Shown: piece after piece, positions 1-10,928 of the stretch
Numbering within the stretch: position 1 is the first letter of the stretch
Layout: every line of letters starts with the position of its first letter
NCBI GenBank assembly: GCA_045578385.1
Contig: JAZNKD010000005.1
Span: forward strand, 11,159-75,158
DNA length: 64,000 nucleotides
Source: Eubacteriales bacterium
Lineage (GTDB): Bacteria; Bacillota; Clostridia; Oscillospirales; CAG-272
Direction of reading: 5' to 3'
Notes under the pieces: generated by a model
Database searches by the model: none
What the model was told of the DNA's origin: nothing
What the model saw: only the letters and a program-made list of their open reading frames with translations
Program-made: the position numbers and the translations under genes

Positions 1-75
1 GACAAAAGAAAGTCATGCTGATCAGCTTTACGTTGCGTTGCAGAGCATTTGCAGAAGCTTTTAAATTTATAAAAT

Positions 76-115
76 AAGAGGGTCGGCTTAACATTAAAGA
101 AAAGCCGACCCTCTT
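76..115. terminator. Bidirectional intrinsic terminator between a left-edge gene and aroK
   Basis: A perfect 14-bp stem, aagagggtcggctt (76-89) pairing with aagccgaccctctt (102-115), encloses a 12-nt loop. It has an A-run upstream and a T-run downstream, and it lies 3 nt from the aroK stop codon. Confidence 0.75.
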
Positions 116-118
116 ATT

Positions 119-628
119 TTATAAATTTTCAAGGATTCCGTTTATCGCGGCCAATACTCTGCTTTGGTATTGACCGTATGAGTTACCGCTACAGTCTACG
201 ATAATATCCGCATACTTTTTGTACAGTGCAGTTCGTTCCTCGTAAAGATCTTTGAGAGTTTGATCGGGTTTCAGAACTACACCTCTTTTTGAAAAGTCTC
301 CAAGTCTTTGTTCGATAACTTCATAAGAACAGTAAAGATAAATTATCTTACCTATTTTTTTATAATATTCCATAACCTTTGGATAATAAACGGCACTTCC
401 CCCGGTAGAGAGAATTATATTATCAAGGTCAATGGAAAGAAGGACTTCTTCTTCTATTCTTTTGAAGCCATCTAACCCAAACTCCTCAATAAGCTCGTGA
501 AGTTTTTTTCCTTTTTTTTGCTCAATAACTTTATCGGCATCGATATTTTTCATGCCGAGTTTTTTTGATATAGCTCGCCCCATACAGCTTTTTCCGCAAC
601 CGGGCATACCAATAAGAGTAAATACCAT
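119..628 (-). CDS. aroK: Shikimate kinase
   Basis: The 169-aa product has an N-terminal P-loop (GMPGCGKS) and the size and layout of AroK (IDADKVIE, STGGSAV). Confidence 0.9.
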   Translation of the reverse strand: MVFTLIGMPGCGKSCMGRAISKKLGMKNIDADKVIEQKKGKKLHELIEEFGLDGFKRIEEEVLLSIDLDNIILSTGGSAVYYPKVMEYYKKIGKIIYLYCSYEVIEQRLGDFSKRGVVLKPDQTLKDLYEERTALYKKYADIIVDCSGNSYGQYQSRVLAAINGILENL

Positions 629-667
629 ATGTTTTCTGCCCCGTTTTATCGTGGCTCTCCTGCGTTT

Positions 668-2578
668 TTAAATGTTTAAAATCCTTGTTTTATATTTTGC
701 TTTAATTATTTCCGAACTTTCTTTTTTGACTGTAATTCTCTTTCCGAAATCTTTATGAATAAGCGAATTAACATCTGATGAAAAAGCTAAAGATAAATCC
801 CTGTCACTGTTATTTATAACCGTGAAAAGCACGTCATTAGCGTTATCTCTTGAATAAATCAATACTTCGTTATCAAAATAAACGAGCTCTAATTTGCCGC
901 TTTTATAAGCATCGTTATCGGTTCTGATTTTTCCTAGTAGCCGATAAAATTCACGAAGCTCCGATACCTGATTATTCCAAGGATACGCACGTCGGTTAAA
1001 AGGATCTTTATATCCTTCAAGTCCAACCTCATCTCCGTAAAATATTGTTGGAATGCCGGGAACGGTAGAAAGAATTGTGTATGCCATTTTCATAAGGGTT
1101 ATTCCGCGCTTTTGTTGAGTTTTATTAAGCGATATTTTTGCAATTTCTGCATTCGTCAATCCCGTCACGTCAATCCCGGCAAAAACGGTTATTATTCTTT
1201 CGGTGTCGTGCGTTCCAAGCAAATTCATTTGCATATGCTGAACCTGAACCGGCGCGTTAAACATAACCTCAAGAAATTCGTATTCAAGTGAAGTCTTATC
1301 CTTGTTTTTTAAGAATTCTATTATTCCTGTACGCAACGGATAATTCATAACTCCATCAAGCTCAGTCCCAAGGAAATATTTTTTTCTTTTATCGTATGCA
1401 ATTTTATTTGATGCGTCTTCCCATACCTCTCCGTAAAGTATGGTAGGTTTTTCTGACTCTCGAAGCTTAGATTTTATTTTAGATATAAATTCGTCAGAAA
1501 GCTCATCTGCAACGTCAAGCCTAAATCCAGAAACACCAAGCTTTGAATATTTTTCTATAACACCGCCGTTTCCCGCAATAAAATTGCCGCACGCAGAAAC
1601 GTCGGGATTTATTCTCGGAAGTATTTCTATTCCCCACCAGCAAGTATATTTATCGGGGTGATTTTGGAAGTCGTACCAAGCGAAATAGGGTGAATTTTTT
1701 GATTGAAAAGCTCCTATTTCTTTATATCTGCCGCTTTTATTGAAATATATACTGTCAGAACCTGTATGATTAAACACGCCGTCGAGAATTATGCCGATAC
1801 CGCGCTTATCCGCTTCCTTGATTAAAAGCTTCAAAGCCTCTTCTCCACCGAACATCGCATCAACCGTCATATAATCCCCAGTATCATATTTATGATTGGA
1901 ATATGCCTCAAAAATAGGGCTTAAGTAAATAAGTGTTGTTCCAAAAGACTTTATATAGTCTAGCTTCTCTATAATTCCATATAAAGTTCCGCCAAAGAAG
2001 GTATTATTTTCAAGATGCGCTCCCGGGTATTCAGGATATTCCGGGATTCCGTTATCCCAATCTTCCATTATTACCGCGTCTTTTCTTAAAGGAACGTCTC
2101 CAGCCCTTTTGAAACGGTCAACAAATATATGATAAATAAGACCACCGTAAAAGCTTTCAGTATTAAATCCGGATGAATTTACAACGGAAAACTGAAAATG
2201 CTTTCCACACTCGTTTTTACTCAAAACTACATTTTTCCCTTGACCTTTCATACCGAATATAAGTCCGGCAACGGAAGAAATTTCAAAAGATAAAAAATAC
2301 AGTCCTATTTTTTTATTCGTAATTTCAAGTTTATAAGCATCGTATTTTAAATCAAATGCACATTTTTGACAACAAATCTTGACAAAATTCGTCATAGACT
2401 CGTCATATATCCTTGCATAAACAGAAACCACTCCCAACAAGCGTGGGAGCAGTATTCTGATTTCTGCTTTTGTATTTATATCAAAAGCACCGGAACCGAT
2501 ATTCTCACCGTTGTGAAGATATTGGGCTTTGCCGGAAAATTCCGATACTTCTGAAAAGGTAACTCTTAGAGATTTCAC
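668..2578 (-). CDS. GH13 alpha-glucan hydrolase, neopullulanase/amylase-like, possibly the glycogen debranching or trimming enzyme of the operon
   Basis: GH13 conserved regions are present: DGVFNH, GFRLDVADE (nucleophile), YGEVWE (acid/base) and LGTHDTER. The gene starts 24 bp downstream of glgP. Confidence 0.85.
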   Translation of the reverse strand: MKSLRVTFSEVSEFSGKAQYLHNGENIGSGAFDINTKAEIRILLPRLLGVVSVYARIYDESMTNFVKICCQKCAFDLKYDAYKLEITNKKIGLYFLSFEISSVAGLIFGMKGQGKNVVLSKNECGKHFQFSVVNSSGFNTESFYGGLIYHIFVDRFKRAGDVPLRKDAVIMEDWDNGIPEYPEYPGAHLENNTFFGGTLYGIIEKLDYIKSFGTTLIYLSPIFEAYSNHKYDTGDYMTVDAMFGGEEALKLLIKEADKRGIGIILDGVFNHTGSDSIYFNKSGRYKEIGAFQSKNSPYFAWYDFQNHPDKYTCWWGIEILPRINPDVSACGNFIAGNGGVIEKYSKLGVSGFRLDVADELSDEFISKIKSKLRESEKPTILYGEVWEDASNKIAYDKRKKYFLGTELDGVMNYPLRTGIIEFLKNKDKTSLEYEFLEVMFNAPVQVQHMQMNLLGTHDTERIITVFAGIDVTGLTNAEIAKISLNKTQQKRGITLMKMAYTILSTVPGIPTIFYGDEVGLEGYKDPFNRRAYPWNNQVSELREFYRLLGKIRTDNDAYKSGKLELVYFDNEVLIYSRDNANDVLFTVINNSDRDLSLAFSSDVNSLIHKDFGKRITVKKESSEIIKAKYKTRILNI

Positions 2579-2602
2579 AGAATAAACCTCAAAATCGAAT
2601 AT

Positions 2603-5071
2603 TTATTTTTTAATTTTGTAAATAGGAGAAGCGTGCCATATCTCAGATGCATATTTGCTAATACTGTTATCAGATGCAAATACACCGCTCGTTGCAGTAT
2701 TAATCAGAGACATTCTGCTCCACGTTTCACGATCGCTGTAATCCCTCATCGCTCTGCCGTACGCATACATATAGGAATCAAAATCAGCAAGGCACATAAA
2801 CGGATCCGCAACACCGTATCCACCGTTGATCAAGTAATCTGCTATATGCGAGAAGTCCTGACCGCCGATCGGATGATTGAATCTATCAACAACTTTCTTA
2901 AGCTTATCGGAACGGTGATAGAAGTCACGGGAAACATAACCGTTTCTCCAAAGCTCTTCAACTTCAGGTGTATTAAGACCGAAGATATAGATGTTATCTC
3001 TACCCGTTGCGCCGAGTATTTCAACGTTTGCACCGTCAAGAGTTCCAACCGTCAGCGCACCGTTCATCATAAGCTTCATACAACCTGTTCCGCTGGCTTC
3101 CTTACCCGCAAGAGATATCTGCTCGGAGATATCTGCAGAAGGAATAAGAACCTCTGCGAGCGAAACATTGTATTCTTCCATAAATACTACCTTAAGTCTA
3201 TCGCGAGTCAAAGGATTTTTCTCAAGCTCTTCAGACAAGAACCATATGAGCTTAATCAATTTCTTAGCCATTGCGTATCCCGGAGCTGCTTTGCATCCGA
3301 ATATGAACGTCTGCGGAGGAATATCAGCATTGGGGTTTTCGAGTATCTCATTATAAAGCGAGATAATTTTAAGAACGTTAAGAAGCTGACGCTTATATTC
3401 GTGCATCCTCTTTATCTGAACGTCGAAAATAGACGAAGGATCAATTCTCTTGCCCGTTTTTTCGTACGCATAGTACGCGAACGTTTCCTTATTGTAGTGC
3501 TTGATTTCGTCTATCTGTTTGAGAACTGATTTATCATCCTTAAAAGCTTCAAGCTTGATAAGCTGTCTTGCGTCCTCACGATAATCGGTGCCTATAAGCT
3601 CATCTAAGAGCTTACAGAGACGGGGGTTAGAATAATTCAGCCATCTGCGGTGAACGACACCGTTAGTCACGTTTGTAAATTTCCAGGGCGTCATCTTATA
3701 GAAATCATGGAATATAGTCTTCTTAAGAATATCGCTATGGAGCTCGGATACACCGTTAACGGTATGAGATCCGACAACAGAAAGGTTAGCCATACGAACC
3801 TGATTATAAGCAACTATAGCCATTCTTGATATTCTATCCCAGTCACCGGGATAAAGATTCCAAAGATCTGCTGTAAATCTGCGGTTTATCTCATTTACAA
3901 TCATATATATTCTCGGAAGCTTCATACTAAAGAGGTCAACTCTCCAGCATTCAAGCGCTTCGGGGAGAACTGTATGATTGGTATAAGAAACAGTTTTTAC
4001 GACTAATGACCAAGCATCATCCCATGAATATGAATATATATCCATAAGTATACGCATAAGCTCAGGAATACATAGTGCGGGATGAGTATCATTTATGTGA
4101 ATAGCAACCTTTTCGCCAAAGCCCTTTAAAGAGCCATGCTCTGCAAAATAATCACTGATAATACTCTGCAAAGACGCAGATACAAGAAAATACTGCTGAG
4201 TAAGACGAAGAAGCTTTCCTTCATCATAATTATCGTTAGGATAAAGCTGCTGAGTAATAACCTCAGCATTGCTGCTATTCGTCAAATTCTGCATATATGA
4301 AGATTGAGAGGTATAGTGAGTGATCGCCGAATACGCCTGACGGGATCTCCATAAACAGATTTTATTAACCGCATTGGTAACAGTTCCGGGAATGAGAAGG
4401 TCATAAGGAACAGCTTTAACCTCATCATAGTCATAGTTCATAAACTTGACTTCACCGTTTTCCCACTTTTCCTCTATTCTTCCTCCAAATCTTACCGTAA
4501 CACTTTTTTCGGGACGCGGAACCAGCCAAGCACCTCCGCTGCCAAGCCAGCTATCCGGCAGCTCTACCTGCTCTCCGTCAATAATCTTTTGCTTAAAAAG
4601 ACCGTTTTCGTAAAGAAGCGAATAACCGTTGGCGGCATAATCAAGCGCCGTTAATGAGTCCATAAAGCATGCTGCAAGTCTGCCAAGACCGCCGTTACCA
4701 AGTCCGGGGTCTACCTCGCAAGCATATATTTTTTCAAATGAAGATCCGAATTCCGAAATAATTTCACATAGGTCGTCATATATACCTAAATTCATTGAAT
4801 CGTTCTTAAGCGCTCTTCCTACAAGAAATTCCATACAAAGATAATAAACCTTTTTTCCGTCGACTGCTCTGATGCGCTTTCTGAAAGCAGAACGGTATTC
4901 AAGCATAATATCTTTTATGGCAAGAACTGTTGCCTGATAAAGCTGATCATCGGTTGCACTTTGGGGGTCATATACACCTCTGGTGATAAGCTTTGCCTCT
5001 ATTCTCTCTTTAAGTTCGGATTTCGAAATTTTGTTTTTTGCGCCTGAAACCGGGCTTGATTTATTAACCAT
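2603..5071 (-). CDS. glgP: Glycogen/maltodextrin phosphorylase
   Basis: The 822-aa product carries the PLP-lysine region EASGTGCMKLMMNGALTVGTLDGANVEI and the motifs GNGGLGRLA and HEYKRQ. Confidence 0.95.
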   Translation of the reverse strand: MVNKSSPVSGAKNKISKSELKERIEAKLITRGVYDPQSATDDQLYQATVLAIKDIMLEYRSAFRKRIRAVDGKKVYYLCMEFLVGRALKNDSMNLGIYDDLCEIISEFGSSFEKIYACEVDPGLGNGGLGRLAACFMDSLTALDYAANGYSLLYENGLFKQKIIDGEQVELPDSWLGSGGAWLVPRPEKSVTVRFGGRIEEKWENGEVKFMNYDYDEVKAVPYDLLIPGTVTNAVNKICLWRSRQAYSAITHYTSQSSYMQNLTNSSNAEVITQQLYPNDNYDEGKLLRLTQQYFLVSASLQSIISDYFAEHGSLKGFGEKVAIHINDTHPALCIPELMRILMDIYSYSWDDAWSLVVKTVSYTNHTVLPEALECWRVDLFSMKLPRIYMIVNEINRRFTADLWNLYPGDWDRISRMAIVAYNQVRMANLSVVGSHTVNGVSELHSDILKKTIFHDFYKMTPWKFTNVTNGVVHRRWLNYSNPRLCKLLDELIGTDYREDARQLIKLEAFKDDKSVLKQIDEIKHYNKETFAYYAYEKTGKRIDPSSIFDVQIKRMHEYKRQLLNVLKIISLYNEILENPNADIPPQTFIFGCKAAPGYAMAKKLIKLIWFLSEELEKNPLTRDRLKVVFMEEYNVSLAEVLIPSADISEQISLAGKEASGTGCMKLMMNGALTVGTLDGANVEILGATGRDNIYIFGLNTPEVEELWRNGYVSRDFYHRSDKLKKVVDRFNHPIGGQDFSHIADYLINGGYGVADPFMCLADFDSYMYAYGRAMRDYSDRETWSRMSLINTATSGVFASDNSISKYASEIWHASPIYKIKK

Positions 5072-5086
5072 CGTTTTTATTATTTC

Positions 5087-6511
5087 CTACCATTCTAACA
5101 GTTTATTGTAAATACTCATATATTTTTTCGCGGAAACGCCCCACGAGAAATCTGATGACTTAGCCTTTAGTACAAGGGCATCCCATTCTTTTTTGTTTTT
5201 ATAGAGATCAACTGCTCTCTTTACAGTGAACAAAAGCTCGTGAGCGTTATAATTATCAAAAGTGAATCCGTTTGCGTCATCTCTGCCGTAAGGCTTTATG
5301 GAATCGTAAAGTCCTCCTACGGCGCGCACCACGGGAACTGTACCGTAGGAGCAGGCTATCATTTGCGCAAGTCCGCAAGGCTCGCTTTTTGAAGGCATAA
5401 CGAATATATCTGCCGAAGCGTACATTTTCTTTGAAATGACTCTATCGAACTTTATAAGCGCCCTTACGTTTTGATGATTCTTTTCAAGCGCTCGGAACAT
5501 TTCTTCGTACTCCGGTTCACCTGTTCCGAGAATAACGAACTGAATATCCTCCCTTAAAAGTTCATCAATAATTCTCGCTACCAAATCAATACCTTTAGCC
5601 GTTGCAAGCCTTGTAATCATAACAACAAGCGGGATGTCGGCATTTTCAGGTAGTCCAACTTCTTTCTGGAAAGCAAGCTTGTTCTTCTTTTTTCCTTCCT
5701 TCAAGTTGTCTTTTCCATATTCAAAATAAATATCTCCTCCAAGCTCCGGTGAGAAATATTTATAATCGATTCCGTTGATAACGCCCTTCATTTTTGCACC
5801 TGCCTGATCGATCACGGCTGCAAGCCCGAATGCAAAGAAATCGTGATGTAGCTCGTATGCGTAATTAGGACTGACGGTTGTAATATAATCGGAAACAGAG
5901 ATTGCACCTTTCATAAGATTGATACAACCGTTGTATTCTACGACGTTTGAATATCCATCAAGAGCAAAAATATCCCCAAGGATCGCACTGTCGAATTTAC
6001 CCTGATACTCGATATTATGAATTGTATATACCGTCCTGATGTTTTTTAAAGCATCTACACACGCAAACTTAGTCTTGAGGTATATAACGCTTAACGCCGA
6101 CTGCCAATCGTTAGCATGAAGTATCTCAGGAATATTGCCGGTTTGAATCATAAATTCTATAACGGCAAGGGAAAAGAACGCAAATCGTTCCGCATCATCA
6201 TACTCACCGTATAGCGCTTTTCTGTCAAAGTAATAATGATTCTCAATAAAGTAATACGTTACTTTACCGTTTTGAATCTTATATATGGACGCTCCGGAAT
6301 CTCTCCACGAATACTTGAACGTAATATCTTTTACTTTCACAAGCTTCTTGCGGTGCTCTTCCTTCATAGAAGCGTAAAGAGGCATAATTACCTCAACGCA
6401 GGTATCCGGATTATCGTCAGCAACCGTAATTGGCAGCGCACCCAAAACGTCACCAAGTCCTCCGCTTGCAGCGTACGGATTAGCTTCACTTGTTACATAA
6501 AGTATTTTCAT
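5087..6511 (-). CDS. glgA: Glycogen synthase (ADP-glucose type)
   Basis: The N-terminus MKILYVTSEANPYAASGGLGDV is typical, and the length (474 aa) fits a GT5 enzyme. Confidence 0.95.
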   Translation of the reverse strand: MKILYVTSEANPYAASGGLGDVLGALPITVADDNPDTCVEVIMPLYASMKEEHRKKLVKVKDITFKYSWRDSGASIYKIQNGKVTYYFIENHYYFDRKALYGEYDDAERFAFFSLAVIEFMIQTGNIPEILHANDWQSALSVIYLKTKFACVDALKNIRTVYTIHNIEYQGKFDSAILGDIFALDGYSNVVEYNGCINLMKGAISVSDYITTVSPNYAYELHHDFFAFGLAAVIDQAGAKMKGVINGIDYKYFSPELGGDIYFEYGKDNLKEGKKKNKLAFQKEVGLPENADIPLVVMITRLATAKGIDLVARIIDELLREDIQFVILGTGEPEYEEMFRALEKNHQNVRALIKFDRVISKKMYASADIFVMPSKSEPCGLAQMIACSYGTVPVVRAVGGLYDSIKPYGRDDANGFTFDNYNAHELLFTVKRAVDLYKNKKEWDALVLKAKSSDFSWGVSAKKYMSIYNKLLEW

Positions 6512-6525
6512 TTCTTCACCTCAGA

Positions 6526-7656
6526 TTAAACAGTTCTGTCCTTCTGAACAAAGAAAGGCATATTTTCATTACCCGAAAGCTTAACTCCTTCCGTTACTGT
6601 AACACCTTTATCTGTTACTATGCAATTAAGCTCTGCATTTTTCTCCACCCTTGTTCTTTGGAACAAAATCGAATTTTTTACAATAGCACCGCGAGCTACG
6701 TGAACTCCTCGTGAAATCACGGAGTTGATTACAGTACCCTCAATAACGCAGTCATCTGCTATAAGAGAATTTTCAACCTTTGCAGTTTTGGTATAAACAA
6801 CGGGCGCGGAGTTATGAACTCTCGTGAAAACAGGTCGAGACTTTTCATTAAGTAATGAATTACGGGATTTTTCATTCGTTGCAAGCTCTATTGAGTATTT
6901 GTAATAGTCAAGGAAGCTCGAAACGGAAGCGGCATAGCCATTGTAACAATAAGTTCTGTAATTCGAATGCAAATATTTTCTTCGGAGCATTTCGGTAAAG
7001 CTATTAAGACCGTACGCCTCAGCTTCATCAATAAGACTTCTTAAATAACTTGTCTTCATAACAAATATATTCAGAGCCAACTCCGGATTTGAATCTGTAG
7101 TAACGTTATTCATTACGATATCCGTAACCTTACCCGCAACAGACGATAAGAAAATTTTAGGATGCTTTGATGTATAATGCTTCTCCGCAATCTTAGTAAC
7201 TATAGTAATATTTGCATTTGTTTTTTCGTGAACGCTGATAACGTCTGCAATATCGATGTTGAGAACAAAATCAGAATCCATAAGAACGACGTGTTCTTCT
7301 TTAAATTCATCAATATACTGCTTCATACTCTTAAGAGCTTCCATATGGGTTGCAAAAACCTTAGCTGAAGCAGACGTTGCGGTCTGAAACGGAGATATTA
7401 TATTTATACCGTCTTTTCTTCTGGCAAGATCCCAGTCTTTACCGCTTCCTAAATGCTCAAGTAAGGATCGGTAATTATAATTTGCCACTATGTGTATTTT
7501 TGAAATATTGGCGTTAACCAGGTTTGAAAGGCAGAAGTCTATAAGCCGGTATCTGCACGCAAACGGTATAGCCGCAACCGTTCTGTCTCTGGTAAGCCTT
7601 GAAAGTGTATTGTTATTTAAATTCGAGAACACGATTCCTGCTGCACTGATAGCCAT
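6526..7656 (-). CDS. glgD: Glucose-1-phosphate adenylyltransferase, GlgD subunit
   Basis: This is a GlgC paralog that lacks the glycine-rich LAGGxGxRL motif (IVFSNLNNNTLSRLT instead) and keeps the left-handed beta-helix tail. It occupies the position directly after glgC, as in the Bacillus glgBCDAP operon. Confidence 0.85.
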   Translation of the reverse strand: MAISAAGIVFSNLNNNTLSRLTRDRTVAAIPFACRYRLIDFCLSNLVNANISKIHIVANYNYRSLLEHLGSGKDWDLARRKDGINIISPFQTATSASAKVFATHMEALKSMKQYIDEFKEEHVVLMDSDFVLNIDIADVISVHEKTNANITIVTKIAEKHYTSKHPKIFLSSVAGKVTDIVMNNVTTDSNPELALNIFVMKTSYLRSLIDEAEAYGLNSFTEMLRRKYLHSNYRTYCYNGYAASVSSFLDYYKYSIELATNEKSRNSLLNEKSRPVFTRVHNSAPVVYTKTAKVENSLIADDCVIEGTVINSVISRGVHVARGAIVKNSILFQRTRVEKNAELNCIVTDKGVTVTEGVKLSGNENMPFFVQKDRTV

Positions 7657-7670
7657 TTTATATTCCCTCC

Positions 7671-8825
7671 TTATGCCTTATTAGGTTTTATTACAGAATT
7701 TTTAGCAACAACGGTAATTTCGGATTTATCAGCACCCATTTTACCAACAATAGCCCCCTCAGTTACCTCAGTATCCGTATCGATAATCGAGGTATAAACT
7801 GCGGCACCACTGCGAATTATAACATCATCCATTATTATGGAATCATAAACAACCGCGCCATCTTCAATAACAACTCCGCCCGAAAGAATTGAGTTAACAA
7901 CAGTACCGTTAATGATACAGCCTTCGGAAATCATTGAATTTATCATTTGGGCGTTTGCCCCTAAAAACTGAGGAGATCTTGCCTGATTCTTAGAGTATAT
8001 GCGGAACTGGTTATCACGTAAATTAAGAACGGGATCATCTCCGATTAAGTCCATATTAGCCTCCCAAAGAGATGAAATAGTTCCAACATCCTTCCAATAT
8101 CCGTCAAACCTATACGCAACAATTTTTTCACCGTTTCTAAGTATATTAGGGATTATATTTTTACCAAAGTCATTGCTTGAGGTTGGATCCGCTTCATCAA
8201 GCTCAAGATATTCGATAAGCGCTTTAGTGTTGAATATATAGATACCCATTGAAGCCTGATTATTCTTAGGATTCTTTGGCTTTTCTTCAAACTCATAAAT
8301 TGTATCATCGTCGTTGGTATTACATATACCGAAACGGCTGGCTTCTTCCATAGGTACGGAAATTGTAGCTATAGTACAGGTAGCACCCGTCTCCTTATGC
8401 TTTGCAAGCATATCGGCATAATCCATACGGTAGATATGGTCTCCCGAAAGTATAAGTACGTAATCAGGATCATACTGCTTAATAAATGTAATATTCTGGT
8501 ATATTGCGTTAGCAGTTCCCTTATACCAATCTGATTTCTTGTTACCCTGATAAGGTGGAAGCACTGAAAGGCCGCCTCTTTCTCTATCAAGATCCCACGT
8601 TGCACCGTTGCCTATGTACTCATTAAGAGCCAGAGGCTGATACTGAGTCAAAACACCAACCGTATCAATTCCCGAATTAATACAGTTAGACAGAGGAAAA
8701 TCAATTATCTTGTACTTTCCTCCAAACGAAACTGCAGGTTTTGCCGTCTGCTTTGTTAAATCATAAAGTCTCGAACCCTGGCCTCCGGCAAGAAGCATCG
8801 CTATGCATTCTTTTTTACAATACAT
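7671..8825 (-). CDS. glgC: Glucose-1-phosphate adenylyltransferase
   Basis: Diagnostic motifs are [14 protein letters not shown] and [25 protein letters not shown]. Confidence 0.95.
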   Translation of the reverse strand: MYCKKECIAMLLAGGQGSRLYDLTKQTAKPAVSFGGKYKIIDFPLSNCINSGIDTVGVLTQYQPLALNEYIGNGATWDLDRERGGLSVLPPYQGNKKSDWYKGTANAIYQNITFIKQYDPDYVLILSGDHIYRMDYADMLAKHKETGATCTIATISVPMEEASRFGICNTNDDDTIYEFEEKPKNPKNNQASMGIYIFNTKALIEYLELDEADPTSSNDFGKNIIPNILRNGEKIVAYRFDGYWKDVGTISSLWEANMDLIGDDPVLNLRDNQFRIYSKNQARSPQFLGANAQMINSMISEGCIINGTVVNSILSGGVVIEDGAVVYDSIIMDDVIIRSGAAVYTSIIDTDTEVTEGAIVGKMGADKSEITVVAKNSVIKPNKA

Positions 8826-8826
8826 C

Positions 8827-10725
8827 TTAGTTCTCCTTTAGTGCTTTTGTATTTTTCGTTCTTTTTTCTTTGAATATAATTCCTGAAAAGCGCGGAATTG
8901 AAATATCCGCTTTGTAGGACTTGCCATCTCTTTTAACAGAAATGTGCTGCTCGATGTTTCCGAAGTTTCCGCTATCGAAAATCTTTTCAACATACGGATA
9001 TCTTAATGGAATTTGAATATTTTGCTCACACCCCGAAAAACTTATAACAACGATAAGATTGCTCCCTCTGAGATTTTTACGGCGAAAAGCAACCAGATTT
9101 TTTTCACTTTCATCTGCCATTATCCACTCAAATCCGTCCGGAGAAAAATCAAGCTCCCAAAGCTCTGAAGTTTCAAGATAAAATCTGTTAATAGCAGCGG
9201 TATATTCTCGCATTTCCCTATGCTTAGGATAGTCGAGCATAAACCACTCGAGCGAATTTTCGTAATCCCATTCTCTGAACTGACCGTATTCTGTTCCCAT
9301 AAACAGCATTTTCTTTCCCGGATAGGTCATCATAAGTAGCAACGATGCTCGCATTTGCAGGAACTTGTCCTCATAAGAACCGCACATCTTATCTATAAAC
9401 GAAAGTTTGCCGTGTACTACTTCATCGTGAGAAATCGGCAAAACGTAATTTTCATTATAAGCATACATCAATGGAAAATTCAATGCCGTATGCTTATACT
9501 TTCTAAACAGCGGATTCGTCATAACATAGTCATAAAAATCGTTTGCCCAACCCATATTCCATTTAAGATTGAATCCAAGTCCGCCTTCAAATACCGGATG
9601 GGTTATCTTACCGTGAGAAGTTGATTCTTCCGCTATCATAAGAACGTCCGGAATTTCAGAGAAGACCGTAAGATTAAGCTTCCTTAAGAAAGCCTCTGCC
9701 TCAAGATTCAAATTTGTTCCGTGAGCGTTGGGTACCCACTCGCCAGGCTCTCTGTCATAATCAAGATACAGCATAGATGCAACAGCATCCACTCTCAACC
9801 CATCTATGTGAAACTCTCTCAAGAAATACATAGCGTTGGAAACCAAAAAGCTCTGTACCTCTTCTCTGCCAACATCAAAAAATCTCGTTCCCCAAGACCG
9901 TGATTCCTGTCTGTCTTTACCCTGGTATTCGTAAAGAGGAAAACCGTCAAACTCATAAAGTCCCCATGCGTCCTTTGGGAAATGAGCAGGAACCCAATCC
10001 ATAATTACACCGATTCCGTTTTTATGGAATTCATTTATCATATATCGGAAATCGTCGGGATCTCCATACCTTGAGGTCGGTGCATAAAATCCGCAAACCT
10101 GATATCCCCAAGAGCCATCATACGGAAATTCAGCGAGCGGTAAAAATTCAACGTGCGTATAGCCCATAAATTTCAGATACGGAACCATCACGTCTGCAAC
10201 TTCGCGATAACTGTAGTATGAATTATCATCCTCGTGTCTCATAAAGCTTCCGAGATGAGTTTCGTAAATGTTAAGCGGTACAGAAAGATAGTGCCCGCGT
10301 TTTAGAGAAACAGTTTTCTTTCTTGATTTGAGCCATTCTTCATCTTCCCACTTAAAATCGTTCGATGTAAATATAAGGGACGCTCCATCAGCCAGACCCC
10401 GAGAAAATCTTGCATAAGGGTCACCCTTATCAAATGTCTTCCCGTTAGACGTTATCCTGAATTTGTATGCTTTCTTTTCAAGCGGGACGTCGGAATATAT
10501 TTTACATTCCCAGACACCCATATCGGTAACTTTTTTCATAGGATACGGAGAATTCCAGCCATATATTTCTGAAATAACGTCTACTCTTTCCGCATGAGGT
10601 GCCCATGTTCTGAAAGTGTAGCAATACCTACCGCCTTCAACCTGCAAATTGCAACCGAGGTAGTCGTAAGTACTGAAATTAGTGCCTTGATGAAAATAGT
10701 ACGATGCTAAATTATTATCATTCAT
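8827..10725 (-). CDS. glgB: 1,4-alpha-glucan branching enzyme
   Basis: GH13_9 motifs are present: [23 protein letters not shown] and SHDEVVHGK. Confidence 0.95.
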   Translation of the reverse strand: MNDNNLASYYFHQGTNFSTYDYLGCNLQVEGGRYCYTFRTWAPHAERVDVISEIYGWNSPYPMKKVTDMGVWECKIYSDVPLEKKAYKFRITSNGKTFDKGDPYARFSRGLADGASLIFTSNDFKWEDEEWLKSRKKTVSLKRGHYLSVPLNIYETHLGSFMRHEDDNSYYSYREVADVMVPYLKFMGYTHVEFLPLAEFPYDGSWGYQVCGFYAPTSRYGDPDDFRYMINEFHKNGIGVIMDWVPAHFPKDAWGLYEFDGFPLYEYQGKDRQESRSWGTRFFDVGREEVQSFLVSNAMYFLREFHIDGLRVDAVASMLYLDYDREPGEWVPNAHGTNLNLEAEAFLRKLNLTVFSEIPDVLMIAEESTSHGKITHPVFEGGLGFNLKWNMGWANDFYDYVMTNPLFRKYKHTALNFPLMYAYNENYVLPISHDEVVHGKLSFIDKMCGSYEDKFLQMRASLLLMMTYPGKKMLFMGTEYGQFREWDYENSLEWFMLDYPKHREMREYTAAINRFYLETSELWELDFSPDGFEWIMADESEKNLVAFRRKNLRGSNLIVVISFSGCEQNIQIPLRYPYVEKIFDSGNFGNIEQHISVKRDGKSYKADISIPRFSGIIFKEKRTKNTKALKEN

Positions 10726-10817
10726 AAAGTCAGCCTCCTTTGCTATTTTACCTCATTTGCCGTGTCGTAATTTGTCATTAATCGCAAACTAAATATGAAA
10801 TTAAAATATCTAATAAT

Positions 10818-10846
10818 ATTTTAGCACGGTAAAGCGTTTTTGTCAA
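10818..10846 (-). promoter_or_regulatory. Sigma-A type promoter of the glg operon
   Basis: On the minus strand the -35 is TTGACA (10846-10841), followed by a 17-nt spacer ending in TGc (an extended -10) and a -10 of TAAAAT (10823-10818). This lies about 90 nt upstream of the glgB ATG, which has a GGAGG Shine-Dalgarno sequence. Confidence 0.55.
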
Positions 10847-10928
10847 GAAAATTTGAGACTATTTTGAGGTATGTATAAAATAGCAAAGCTGGAACGTTTT
10901 ACAAGTCGCTATATTAGTATTTTTTTAG

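Noticed and set aside
1-77. A plus-strand gene may end at the left edge of the window.
   Set aside because: Two frames are open to the edge, ending at TAA 62-64 and TAA 75-77. At most about 25 codons are visible, so neither the frame nor the identity can be decided.
2633-3529. Very long ORFs run antisense to real genes. They are a 298-codon ORF opposite glgP, and also 35349-35996 opposite ispH/rpsA, 33096-33608 opposite cmk, 46048-46551 opposite ruvA, 61548-62117 opposite ftsZ, 56125-56628 opposite murE/murF and 23078-23455 opposite cdaA.
   Set aside because: These are shadow ORFs. The glgP and ispH cases are codon-aligned with the sense gene (2633 and 2603 share the same position modulo 3, as do 35994 and 34428). 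Antisense stops would then require sense TTA, CTA or TCA codons, which these genes appear to avoid, though I did not count codons. The products are low-complexity, lack Shine-Dalgarno and start context, and the sense genes have unambiguous family motifs.
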